A stretch of DNA of 64,000 nucleotides from Candidatus Limnocylindria bacterium. GTDB taxonomy: Bacteria > Chloroflexota > Limnocylindria > P2-11E. The notes under the pieces were generated by a model that ran no database searches, was not told the DNA's origin, and was given only the letters and a program-made list of their open reading frames with translations. A program made the position numbers and the translations under genes. Shown piece after piece: positions 46,864 to 55,556 of this stretch. The stretch covers positions 398 through 64,397 of the forward strand of contig DATCPK010000112.1 of assembly GCA_036570125.1 (NCBI GenBank), read 5' to 3'. Position 1 is the stretch's first letter. Each line of letters opens with the position of its first letter.

Positions 46864-46941
46864 CTAGAAGCCGGAGTAGCCAGCGCCACCGCCAAGGACC
46901 AACGCAGCCAGGGCAACGATCGCGGCAATCAAACGACGCAT
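46864..46941 (-). CDS. 25-aa hydrophobic peptide MRRLIAAIVALAALVLGGGAGYSGF (not in ORF track)
   Basis: ATG 46941 preceded by AAAGGGAGG (6-nt spacing). Signal-peptide/TM-like sequence. Lies 127 nt upstream of the HD-GYP gene on the same strand. Confidence 0.4.
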   Translation of the reverse strand: MRRLIAAIVALAALVLGGGAGYSGF

Positions 46942-46959
46942 GGTCAGCCTCCCTTTGCC

Positions 46960-46981
46960 TCGTGTGCCTTTCGTGTGCCTT
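46960..46981 (-). repeat. perfect tandem direct repeat, 2 x 11 nt (AAGGCACACGA on the minus strand)
   Basis: Plus strand reads tcgtgtgcctt tcgtgtgcctt (46960-46970 and 46971-46981). It ends 18 nt upstream of the 25-codon ORF's ATG. Confidence 0.95.
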
Positions 46982-47250
46982 CTAAGTCGGCTGGTCAGAC
47001 CAACCCCTTAAGGCCGCGACCGGAATCGATACTCCGCCGAAACGGCGACTCGACGGCTTGACGGTCCGACCGGCCTGCGGGGCACTCGCTGGGCGCGGCC
47101 GCCTACCATGCCGTCTCGTGGGGAGCGCGGCAGGCGCCTTCGCGACTGTCGATTTGGGTCCGTCAGTCGGAGATCGGGACCTATCTGGCCCTGCCTCTGG
47201 GCGCGCCCACATCGCCATCGGGGCTCTCGAACTCCGAGGCTTGGCTTAGG

Positions 47251-48945
47251 TTGCCTGCAGTCGCGACGCAGCCAGCCGGCTATGTCGATCTCTGGGCTCC
47301 CGTCGCGCGTGATGCTCTTCCGAAGGCGCTCGTCGACGCCATGGACCAATGCGATTGGCCGACAGTTCGCGCGCAGCTCGGCAGCGTCATGGATGGCATC
47401 ACCACCGACGGCGTGTATGGACGTGCTTTGTTGCAGCTCGTCATGGACCTTCCGGTGGGCACCGATGCGCTCTTCGACAGCTACCGCGCCGCTGCGTCGA
47501 TCGACCACGGCGACTGGGACGGGCTTCGGCGATGTCTAGCCGGCAGCCCCATCGAGCCGATCCAGCTCTTCGGCATGCGAGATGTGCTTTTGGCTCCCCT
47601 CAATCAAGTCGCGCCGGAAGATCCTGCGTCCCCGTACGCGATGCTCTTCGCGCCTTACGAGTACCAATTGAGCCAGATGGTCGGTGGCTATCGGCGGTGG
47701 GCGCGCGCGATGTTGAGCTTTCAGGCCATCGAGCGGGTGTGGGCGCGACTTGACGTGCCCGCTGGACGTCATATCCGCCAACGTCGACTGCAAGATGCCG
47801 TGAGCATGGCGTTCGCGGAGGTACAGGCGGGGCGATTGCCCACGGCCATGGCGTTCGCCCTGGAGGCACCGCGTCTCGGCGACGTGAACGAGCCGCTTCG
47901 ATTCTGCGCACTTGATCTGGAGGAGTTAATCGCGGTCGCTCTCGGCGACGAACGCGCGGCGAATCTTCGACTTCTCTCGGATCTTGCGAAGCCGACCGGC
48001 CTGTCTCCACTCGGCGCGTGGCAAGCCCTCCTTCACCTAATGCCCCTGCTTGCGGTCGTCAGTGGAGACACCTTCTTAACGTCCGCCAGGATCGCCGAGC
48101 GAATAGCCGCCGGGCTCGGATCGGCCCGCGCGCAGCTCGCATCGCACGCGTGGCGCGTGGCCGCCGAATCGATGAAGAGATCCGGAGATAAACACCCCGA
48201 GCTACCCGGGCTCCGCGCGCAGGCGGACCGTGCTGGGGTCGGCCTTCGTGTGTTGCCGCAACTACTCGCGGGGATCGCCTCGAGGAAACCTGCTGACCTG
48301 GCGGCCGCCGAAGCGCTCGCGCGCAGGGCCGGCAATCGCTGGGCCCAAGTCGCCGCTCTCACGTGGATGGCCGCGGTTAATCCGAACGCTCGAGTCGCGC
48401 GCTGGCTGGCGCTCCTCCTTGAGGCGACGGGGTGGCGTCGGCCGCCCCTCGTGCCCGCCGAAGTCGCTGCCGACGCGGCGCTTGGGGTGGCGTCTCTGGG
48501 CGTGCGTAGTCAGGCGATCGTCGAGCTTGCTTCGGCGGCCGGCCGTCCGAACATCCTGCTCGAAGTCTCGGTGCGTCATGTCGACGACACCGCTGCGCCG
48601 CTTCCGGCGCGCCTTGCGGCCGTCGAAGCGCTCGGAACACTCGGCACGACCCGGGCTGACGAGTTACTCGCTCGTCTCGCTAGGCGTAACGACGATCTTG
48701 GCAGGCGCGCACGCCTCGTGTCGCAACGTCGCAGACGGACCGGCCTTAGTGAAAGGGAAATCGAGGTCTTACAAATCGCAGCCACAGGTGCGACAAACCG
48801 CGAGATCGCGGAGCGGCTCAGCCTGAGTCAGCACACAATCGCCCGCCACCTTGCGAACGCCCGGGTGAAGCTGGGCGCGGCGAATCGCACGGAAGCGGCG
48901 ATGAAGCTCGAAGATCTCGAGGGATCTAGCCCGAAACTGAGCTGA
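47251..48945 (+). CDS. LuxR-family transcriptional regulator with large helical-repeat N-terminal domain
   Basis: 564 aa. C-terminal HTH LSEREIEVLQIAATGATNREIAERLSLSQHTIARHLANARVKLG. Upstream HEAT-like stretch (RLAAVEALGTLGTTRADELLARLAR). TTG start uncertain. Confidence 0.75.
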   Translation: MPAVATQPAGYVDLWAPVARDALPKALVDAMDQCDWPTVRAQLGSVMDGITTDGVYGRALLQLVMDLPVGTDALFDSYRAAASIDHGDWDGLRRCLAGSPIEPIQLFGMRDVLLAPLNQVAPEDPASPYAMLFAPYEYQLSQMVGGYRRWARAMLSFQAIERVWARLDVPAGRHIRQRRLQDAVSMAFAEVQAGRLPTAMAFALEAPRLGDVNEPLRFCALDLEELIAVALGDERAANLRLLSDLAKPTGLSPLGAWQALLHLMPLLAVVSGDTFLTSARIAERIAAGLGSARAQLASHAWRVAAESMKRSGDKHPELPGLRAQADRAGVGLRVLPQLLAGIASRKPADLAAAEALARRAGNRWAQVAALTWMAAVNPNARVARWLALLLEATGWRRPPLVPAEVAADAALGVASLGVRSQAIVELASAAGRPNILLEVSVRHVDDTAAPLPARLAAVEALGTLGTTRADELLARLARRNDDLGRRARLVSQRRRRTGLSEREIEVLQIAATGATNREIAERLSLSQHTIARHLANARVKLGAANRTEAAMKLEDLEGSSPKLS

Positions 48946-49077
48946 TCACGCCGAAGGCGATGAAGATGCGCACGGACAGCCAAGATCGTCAGGGTCCGCT
49001 GTCGGTGCATCGCCAGGATTCGCCAAATCGTTTGAATCATTAGCGAGGCGCGTTATCGACGATGACGGTGGTCGGAA

Positions 49078-49407
49078 CTAGATCCTCTCGTACCTAGCCA
49101 CGTCCATAACAAACACAGTCGCACCACCGAAGGTCACCTCGACGGGATACGGCATGTAGAACTCACCTGGTTCCATGATCGGTGGCATGGGATTGATGAA
49201 TTGACTGCGCGCGTGACAGGTCTCGCGGATCGTGGCGATCACGTCGTCGACCTGGGCCTCCTCGACGCCGGCGAGGATCGTCGCATGGGACTGCTTGAGG
49301 AAGCCGCCCTGGGAATGCAGCCGCGTCACGCGGAAGTCCTTGTCGGTGAGCGCATCGACAAGCGCGCCCGCGTCCTCCGGATGCACGATCGCGACCACCA
49401 GCTTCAT
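49078..49407 (-). CDS. darA: cyclic-di-AMP receptor, PII-like (DarA/PstA family)
   Basis: 109 aa. MKLVVAIVHPEDAGALVDALTDKDFRVTRLHSQGGFLK ... YPVEVTFGGATVFV is closely parallel to B. subtilis DarA (YaaQ). Sits next to tmk, as in Bacillus. Confidence 0.85.
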   Translation of the reverse strand: MKLVVAIVHPEDAGALVDALTDKDFRVTRLHSQGGFLKQSHATILAGVEEAQVDDVIATIRETCHARSQFINPMPPIMEPGEFYMPYPVEVTFGGATVFVMDVARYERI

Positions 49408-49539
49408 CGGGCGGCGACTATACCCCGCGCCAATTCCGACCCCATTTGGATGGTCAACCCAGATTGGTCATTTCTGGCGATGCGCGCACAGCTCGCCTCC
49501 AGCAAAGTTGCCTCACCCTTCGCCACGCGGCATCCGTCG

Positions 49540-50178
49540 CTAGGCCGGTAGGCCCAGAAGCTGATCGACCTGGCGGCGGATGTCCGCGGCCACCACCTCT
49601 TCGGGACGGTCACCGTCGACCACCACAAAGCGGCCCGGTTCGGCTGCCGCGAGCCGGAGGTAGCCTTCGCGGACGCGCTCGTAGAACGGGCGATCGTCAC
49701 CGTGGAAACGGTCCCATCGGGCGCCGCCCGATCGCGACCCAAGGCGCGCAAGGGTCACCCCGACGGGTACGTCGATGAGGAACGTACGTTCTGGCGCGAG
49801 CGAGCCGACCGCGAAACGCGTCATCGCGCGCAGCCCTTCGAGGTCAGCACCGAGGCCGTAACCCTGATACGCAAGGGTCGAGTCGAAGTATCGGTCAGCG
49901 ACGACGACCTTCCCGGCGGCGAGCGCCGGGCGGATGACATCACGGGTGTGCTGCGCGCGGGCCGCCGAGAAGAGCAGTGCTTGGGCCTCGGGTGTGAGGT
50001 CAACATCACGCGCGTGGAGGAGTACGTCGCGGACCCGCTCTGCAAACGGCGTCCCACCGGGCTCCCGCGTGAGAAGCACGTCGCGACCCGCGGCGCCGAG
50101 GCTCTCAGCAAGTCGAGCGGCCTGAACGGATTTTCCGGCCGCCTCTCCGCCCTCGAACGAGAGGAAGACGCCGCTCAC
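49540..50178 (-). CDS. tmk: dTMP kinase
   Basis: 212 aa. P-loop FLSFEGGEAAGKS, TREPGGT, DRYFDSTLAYQG. GTGA overlap with the upstream gene. Confidence 0.92.
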   Translation of the reverse strand: MSGVFLSFEGGEAAGKSVQAARLAESLGAAGRDVLLTREPGGTPFAERVRDVLLHARDVDLTPEAQALLFSAARAQHTRDVIRPALAAGKVVVADRYFDSTLAYQGYGLGADLEGLRAMTRFAVGSLAPERTFLIDVPVGVTLARLGSRSGGARWDRFHGDDRPFYERVREGYLRLAAAEPGRFVVVDGDRPEEVVAADIRRQVDQLLGLPA

Positions 50179-51701
50179 CGATATATCTGAACGCGCCGGA
50201 AGGGCTCGTGCCCGCTGCTGCGTGAGCTGAGATTCGCGCGCTCGACGAGCTCGTGCTGAAGCTTGCGGACGTACGCGCTTTGTGGCGCGAGCTCGACCTC
50301 GTCGGACTGACCGCCGACGACCTGCTCGATCCCGTCGCGGGCCTCCTCGAGCGCTTTGTCCTCGGGGCCCCGGCGGAGCTCGATCACCGATGCGAGAGCG
50401 CTCGCGATTTGCGTGGATGAGTTCGAGCGCGCGATGTAGATGGGAACGCCCGACGACTCGGCGTTGCGAAGACGCGGGGTCTTGCGGCGGTAGTAATTCT
50501 TGAGCGTGATCACAACGTCGGCGTCCTCGGGCTCGCGAACGATCGCCACGGGAAGGCCGAGCCCGCGCGAGGCTTCCTCGACGCGCGACCAGGAGAGCCC
50601 GAAGGGATAGACCTTCACGGTCTCGCGTCCACCGTTCGTCGCGAGGCGTGGCGTGGTTCGCCGCTCCATCACGTCTGCGGGCATCCGCGAGGGCGTCGAC
50701 GTGACGACGGAGAGCTCGCCCGACGAGTCCCGCGACCGGATCTCCGGTGCGACCGGCTGTCCGAGCAGGATGGCGTCGACCGTTTGCGCGACGTCCTGAT
50801 AAAGCGCGACGCGCTGATAGGCCTGGATCTCGACGAGCGTCTGGAACGTTGGCGGCGCCTTGCGCTCGAGCACGCTCTTCTGAGTCCCGCGGCGGCGAGC
50901 CTCCTCGTCACCGAGCGTGACCGTCTGCACGCCGCCGACGAGATCGGAGAGTGTCGGGTTCAGCATCAGGTTCTCGAGGGTGTTCCCATGAGCGGTGGCG
51001 ATGAGTTGGACACCACGCTCGGCGATGGTCCGGGCGGCGCCGGCTTCCTGCTCCGTGCCGATCTCGTCGATGACGACGACCTCGGGCATGTGGTTCTCGA
51101 CGGCCTCGATCATCACGGCGTGCTGCAGCGATGGCGCGGCGACCTGCATGCGACGCGCGCGGCCAATGCCCGGATGCGGGATGTCGCCGTCGCCCGCGAT
51201 CTCGTTCGAGGTGTCCACGATGACGACGCGCTTTCCCATCTCGTCCGCGAGCACTCGCGCGACCTCTCGAAGCAGGGTCGTCTTGCCGACGCCGGGACGA
51301 CCGAGGAGCAGGATGCTGCGCCCAGCCTCGACGACGTCGCGGATGATCTCCATCGTTCCGTAGACCGCGCGTCCGACTCGCAGCGTGAGCCCGACGACCT
51401 TACCGGCACGGTTGCGAAGCGCGCTGATGCGGTGAAGGGTCCGCTCGATGCCAGCGCGGTTGTCCCCGCCGAACTGTCCGATGCGGGAGATCACGAAGGC
51501 GATGTCCTCGGCGGTCACCTCGTGCTCGGAAAGGGTCTCCTCGCGGCCGGCGAAGCGAGCCTCTGGCAAGCGCCCCAGGTCCATCACGATCTCGAGAAGG
51601 CCGTCCAATGCGTCGAGGCCGCGGACCCGCTGGACCAGCTCCGGAGGGAGGGCATGAAGGATGGCGTCGAGCTCGTCTGTCGCGAGCAACTCTCTGGTCA
51701 T
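50175..51701 (-). CDS. AAA ATPase with C-terminal R3H-type nucleic-acid-binding region (SpoIIIAA/ycf45-like)
   Basis: 508 aa. Walker A GRPGVGKTT, Walker B VVVIDEIGT. Family-typical GIERTLHRISALRNR. Confidence 0.75.
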   Translation of the reverse strand: MTRELLATDELDAILHALPPELVQRVRGLDALDGLLEIVMDLGRLPEARFAGREETLSEHEVTAEDIAFVISRIGQFGGDNRAGIERTLHRISALRNRAGKVVGLTLRVGRAVYGTMEIIRDVVEAGRSILLLGRPGVGKTTLLREVARVLADEMGKRVVIVDTSNEIAGDGDIPHPGIGRARRMQVAAPSLQHAVMIEAVENHMPEVVVIDEIGTEQEAGAARTIAERGVQLIATAHGNTLENLMLNPTLSDLVGGVQTVTLGDEEARRRGTQKSVLERKAPPTFQTLVEIQAYQRVALYQDVAQTVDAILLGQPVAPEIRSRDSSGELSVVTSTPSRMPADVMERRTTPRLATNGGRETVKVYPFGLSWSRVEEASRGLGLPVAIVREPEDADVVITLKNYYRRKTPRLRNAESSGVPIYIARSNSSTQIASALASVIELRRGPEDKALEEARDGIEQVVGGQSDEVELAPQSAYVRKLQHELVERANLSSRSSGHEPFRRVQIYR

Positions 51702-51784
51702 TGCATCGACCGTCGAAGCGGGCGGTCACGCATGAAACTCGTAACTCCAAAGAGCATACCCGCGCGACCGGGGCCGAAAAGTGT

Positions 51785-52471
51785 CTAGCGAGGAGCGCGC
51801 CGCAGCGTCATCACAAAGAGCGCGGGCCAGCCCAGCCACTTACGCGAGCGCTCGTTTCGCGCCGCCAGCCCTTCGTTCACGGAGCGCTCGGCGAGGCTGG
51901 CGATGACGAGGCCGGCCCGAAGAGCTCCCATGACGTAATCCGAGAGCGCGGCGACGTACGACCGCGGGCGAACTTCGCCGTTTTCGTCGCGAAAGTTCGC
52001 GCTCACACCTTTGAGGAACATAGCCGGATGCATGGCCGTGACGACGATTACGCCGTCATCCCGCACGACCCGGCCGAGGTCGCGAAAAAAGGACGCCAGA
52101 TCATCGACGGGGATGTGCTCGAGGACGAGGGCTGAGAGAACCCGATCGAACGAACTCGCTTCGAAAGGCAGTGGCCCCGCGACATCGTGGACGAGCCAGC
52201 GCACGCGATCCGCACCAGATTTCTGACGCGCCTTCGCGAGCATCTCCTTCGAGAAGTCCACCGCAGTGACACGTGCGCCGCTCTCGGCGATGCGAAGCGC
52301 GTGCCGTCCCGTGCCCGCGCCGACGTCGAGGACGTCGAGGTCCTTCACCGCACCGAGCGCGCGGTCGACCTCGGGCTCCTCAAGATCAAGAAGCCAGTTG
52401 CCCATCGTGTCGTACGTCGCGGCCCAGCGGTCGTATCCCTCGCGAGTCGGCAGGACGTTCGGCTCGCTCAA
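51785..52471 (-). CDS. class I SAM-dependent methyltransferase
   Basis: Motif I VLDVGAGTGRHAL, post-I VTAVDFSKEML. Start at TTG 52471 (TTGA overlap with the upstream gene). The rest of the 306-aa track ORF is overlap noise. Confidence 0.8.
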   Translation of the reverse strand: MSEPNVLPTREGYDRWAATYDTMGNWLLDLEEPEVDRALGAVKDLDVLDVGAGTGRHALRIAESGARVTAVDFSKEMLAKARQKSGADRVRWLVHDVAGPLPFEASSFDRVLSALVLEHIPVDDLASFFRDLGRVVRDDGVIVVTAMHPAMFLKGVSANFRDENGEVRPRSYVAALSDYVMGALRAGLVIASLAERSVNEGLAARNERSRKWLGWPALFVMTLRRAPR

Positions 52472-53454
52472 CGCACGACCGCTGGGGCGAAGACACGCTC
52501 CTCGACCCGTTCGGCGAGCTCCTTCGTGAACAGCATCGAGGTGGCGAACTCGCGAAACCCCTCGGCGAGGAGCGCCCGCGCGACATGCTCCTCGTACGAC
52601 CGCACCGGCGAGGTCACCGGCTTCCCGGCGGGAAGCGCGCGCGCCGTCGCGCGCAGGAGCTCGCGCGCGAGGTCGACATTGCCGTCGGCCGTCCGGACTT
52701 TGCAAACATGCGGGTGGCGTTCCAGACCGCTGAACGAAAGGGCGAACGCGCGCAGGCGCGACTCCTCACCCTCGATCAGCGCCGACTGCCAGCGCATCGC
52801 GAGCGGGTTCCCGCCGACGAGATGCGGCGGGTCGTAGGCACCGCCCCGGCGGCTCACGTCGAAGTCAGAGAACGAAAGCTGCTCCGCGCGTTGCACCGCA
52901 TGCGGTGTGGTCATCGCGTAGAAACGGTAGAGATCGTGCGCGTCACGTCCGGTGGCTTCGCGAGCGGCGAGCCGCGGGACCGGCGCCATGACTGCCGTTC
53001 GCGCGGCGACGTACCAGGTCTCGCGCGTGTACGAGTAGAAGCCCGCCTGAAAGAACGTCTCTCGCGCGAGCGCTTCGTCCGGCACCGCGGCGAAAATGCG
53101 ATGCATCCCGGCGCGCGCGGCAGCCCCGCTGATCCCCGACAAGAGGCGGAACGCGCTGTCGGCTCCGCCCGGTTGCTGGAGCGCGGCAAGGATCAAGACG
53201 ACCCACTCGGGGCGGCTCCCGTCGTAGACGAGCGCGCTCGAGCGCAGCTGTCCGCGGTATTCCTCGAGGAAGACGCGAAGGCGGCCGCGCAGACCGACGA
53301 GGCCGGGAAGAAGGCGCGTCCAGCTCGACACCGCGCCCGCCGCCAGCGGAACCGGGAGCGCCGACGCCATGATCCCGCTCGGCTCGCGCAGCGAGCTTGC
53401 GAGAAGCGCGGAGACGCGCCGCAGGTCGAGCGGTGTCGCCGCTCTCGCCGGCAT
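52468..53454 (-). CDS. hypothetical protein (possible tandem GNAT-like fold, weak)
   Basis: 328 aa from ATG 53454 (1-nt TAATG overlap with the pdxT stop). Two segments ending in ...FFQAGFYSYTRE and ...LLAEGFREFATS resemble GNAT beta4-alpha3 regions. No firm family call. Confidence 0.5.
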   Translation of the reverse strand: MPARAATPLDLRRVSALLASSLREPSGIMASALPVPLAAGAVSSWTRLLPGLVGLRGRLRVFLEEYRGQLRSSALVYDGSRPEWVVLILAALQQPGGADSAFRLLSGISGAAARAGMHRIFAAVPDEALARETFFQAGFYSYTRETWYVAARTAVMAPVPRLAAREATGRDAHDLYRFYAMTTPHAVQRAEQLSFSDFDVSRRGGAYDPPHLVGGNPLAMRWQSALIEGEESRLRAFALSFSGLERHPHVCKVRTADGNVDLARELLRATARALPAGKPVTSPVRSYEEHVARALLAEGFREFATSMLFTKELAERVEERVFAPAVVR

Positions 53455-54113
53455 TAGCTCTTTCCGAGCGAGAGAAAGTACCGATGAAAGCGGTCGTCGT
53501 GCGTGAGCTCCGGGTGAAAGCTCGTTGCCAGGAGCCGGCCCTGCCGCGCGGCAACGACGGTGCCGTCGGCCAGGCGCGCAAGAACATCGACGCCGGGCCC
53601 GACGCGGCTGATCCGCGGCGCGCGAATGAACACAGCGTGGAACGGTTCCTCGCCGAGCTGCTTCACGTCGAGGTCCGCTTCGAACGAGTCGAGCTGACGG
53701 CCGAAGGCGTTCCGTTCCACCGTCATGTCCATCAGCGAGGCGAGCGGGTGCGGATGGCCGGGGACGTCCTTTGCGATGAAGATCGCGCCGGCGCAGGTGC
53801 CCCACACCGGCATGCCCTCGGCGACGCGGTCCTTGAGCTTGTCGATGATCCCGTACTGGCTTGCGAGCTTCCCGATCGTGGTGCTCTCGCCGCCGGGGAT
53901 GATCAATGCGTCGATGTCATCGAGTTGCTCGGGTCGCCGGACGTCGACGCCTTCCGCACCGAGTCGATCGAGGGTCGCGAGATGCTCCGCGAAGTCGCCC
54001 TGAAGACCGAGAACACCGACGCGCGCGGTCAGCGGGCGGCGATCACCAACCGCGGACTGCAAGTCGTTCTGGGGCCGGGATCGAATCGAGCGAAAGGCCG
54101 CGCATCGCCTCAC
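53454..54113 (-). CDS. pdxT: pyridoxal 5'-phosphate synthase glutaminase subunit PdxT (start uncertain: ATG 54113 or CTG 54032)
   Basis: [27 protein letters not shown] (catalytic Cys), SFHPELT. The canonical ATG adds 27 aa and a 71-nt overlap with pdxS. CTG 54032 aligns with Met1 of typical PdxT and lies 10 nt after the pdxS stop. Confidence 0.9.
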   Translation of the reverse strand: MRRCAAFRSIRSRPQNDLQSAVGDRRPLTARVGVLGLQGDFAEHLATLDRLGAEGVDVRRPEQLDDIDALIIPGGESTTIGKLASQYGIIDKLKDRVAEGMPVWGTCAGAIFIAKDVPGHPHPLASLMDMTVERNAFGRQLDSFEADLDVKQLGEEPFHAVFIRAPRISRVGPGVDVLARLADGTVVAARQGRLLATSFHPELTHDDRFHRYFLSLGKS

Positions 54114-54954
54114 CGAGACCGCGCGACACCTCGGCGACGAGCTTCGCGTCGCGGAAGTGCGTAGTCGCTTCGACGATCGCCTTCGCGCGGCGCGCCGGAT
54201 CCGCGGACTTGAAGATGCCGGAGCCGACGAAGTTTCCTTCGGCGCCGAGCTGCATCATCAGTGCGGCGTCGGCGGGCGTCGCGATACCGCCGGCGCAGAA
54301 CAAGACGACCGGAAGCTTCCCGTCCTTGGCAACCTGTTGGACGAGCTCGAGGGGCACTCGGTACTCGTCGGCCTTCTTTTCAAGCGCGTCCGGACCAAGC
54401 TCGGTGAGCTGCATGATCCCTTCGGTGATCGCGCGGATGTGAGTCACGGCCTCGACGATGTTCCCGGTGCCGGCCTCGCCTTTGCTCCGGATCATCGCCG
54501 CGCCCTCGTGGATCCGGCGCAGCGCCTCACCGAGCTCGCGCGCGCCGCAGACGAAGGGCACTTTGAAGGCGTGCTTGTCGATGTGAAATTTCAGATCGGC
54601 CGGCGTCAGGACCTCGCTCTCGTCGACGTAATCGACGCCGATAGCCTCCAGGACCTGGGCCTCGACGAAGTGGCCGATGCGCGCCTTGGCCATCACCGGG
54701 ATGGTGACCGCCTCCATGATCGCGTGGATCATCTCGGGGTCGCTCATCCGGGCGACACCACCGGCTGCGCGGATGTCGGCCGGAACCCGCTCGAGCGCCA
54801 TGACCGCAACGGCTCCCGCGTCCTCGGCGATCTTGGCGTGCTCGACGGTGACGACGTCCATGATCACACCGCCCTTGAGCATCTGGGCGAGCCCTGTTTT
54901 CAGGGTCCAAGTGCTCTTGGAGCCGTTCTTGTCGGGTGTGGACTGAGAGGCCAT
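54043..54954 (-). CDS. pdxS: pyridoxal 5'-phosphate synthase lyase subunit PdxS
   Basis: 303 aa. [44 protein letters not shown]. Confidence 0.97.
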   Translation of the reverse strand: MASQSTPDKNGSKSTWTLKTGLAQMLKGGVIMDVVTVEHAKIAEDAGAVAVMALERVPADIRAAGGVARMSDPEMIHAIMEAVTIPVMAKARIGHFVEAQVLEAIGVDYVDESEVLTPADLKFHIDKHAFKVPFVCGARELGEALRRIHEGAAMIRSKGEAGTGNIVEAVTHIRAITEGIMQLTELGPDALEKKADEYRVPLELVQQVAKDGKLPVVLFCAGGIATPADAALMMQLGAEGNFVGSGIFKSADPARRAKAIVEATTHFRDAKLVAEVSRGLGEAMRGLSLDSIPAPERLAVRGW

Positions 54955-54994
54955 CGGAACGCCAATCGTACCGCGCTGACCCTAGAATCGGAAC

Positions 54995-55528
54995 ATGGGC
55001 GTAGTAGACGCGAACGTCCTTGTACTAAACCTCGACTTTCAGCCGCTCAACGTGTGCAACGTGCGCCGAGCGGTGGTCCTCCTCGCCAAAGAGAAGGCGA
55101 GCGTCGTGGAGCAGAACGGCCACCTCGTTACCAGCGAGCGCCTCTCGTTCCCATCGCCGTCGGTCATCCGCCTCGCCTATCACGTGAAGCGTCCGCGCCC
55201 GGTCGTGAAGATGACGCGCAAGGAAGTTCTCGTACGTGACGACCACACCTGTCAGTACTGCGGGCGGCGCGGGCATGACCTCACGCTGGATCACGTGATC
55301 CCTCGTCATCGTGGCGGTCAGCATGTCTGGGAGAACGTCGTGGCTGCCTGCAAGTCGTGCAACCACCGAAAGGGCGGGCGCACGCTCGCCGAAGCACGCA
55401 TGACGCTGCGCCGTCTGCCGGTGCGGCCTCCGGCCACTCCGCAGTACCTCTATTCGTCATATGTGCGCGCCGGCGAGCGCACCTGGTCCAAGTTCATCGG
55501 TCTGGACGAAAGCGCCGTCGCGTCCTAG
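54995..55528 (+). CDS. HNH endonuclease-family protein
   Basis: 177 aa. CQYCGRRGHDLTLDHVIPRHRGGQHVWENVVAACKSCNHRKG (HNH with a CxxC...CxxC zinc site). Confidence 0.85.
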   Translation: MGVVDANVLVLNLDFQPLNVCNVRRAVVLLAKEKASVVEQNGHLVTSERLSFPSPSVIRLAYHVKRPRPVVKMTRKEVLVRDDHTCQYCGRRGHDLTLDHVIPRHRGGQHVWENVVAACKSCNHRKGGRTLAEARMTLRRLPVRPPATPQYLYSSYVRAGERTWSKFIGLDESAVAS

Positions 55529-55556
55529 CACGCGACTTGCGTCTCACCCTTCCGCA

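Noticed and set aside
49408-49440. GGAAT upstream of darA as a third SigR/SigH-type promoter
   Set aside because: There is no GTT at 18-19 nt. A TATAGT -10-like hexamer 9 nt before the ATG is a more plausible (leaderless) promoter element, but it lacks a -35 at proper spacing, so no call was made.
54995-55528. HNH endonuclease gene as a mobile element (homing endonuclease, intron or intein)
   Set aside because: It is a free-standing ORF with host-like composition. No flanking repeats, intron structure or interrupted host gene are visible.
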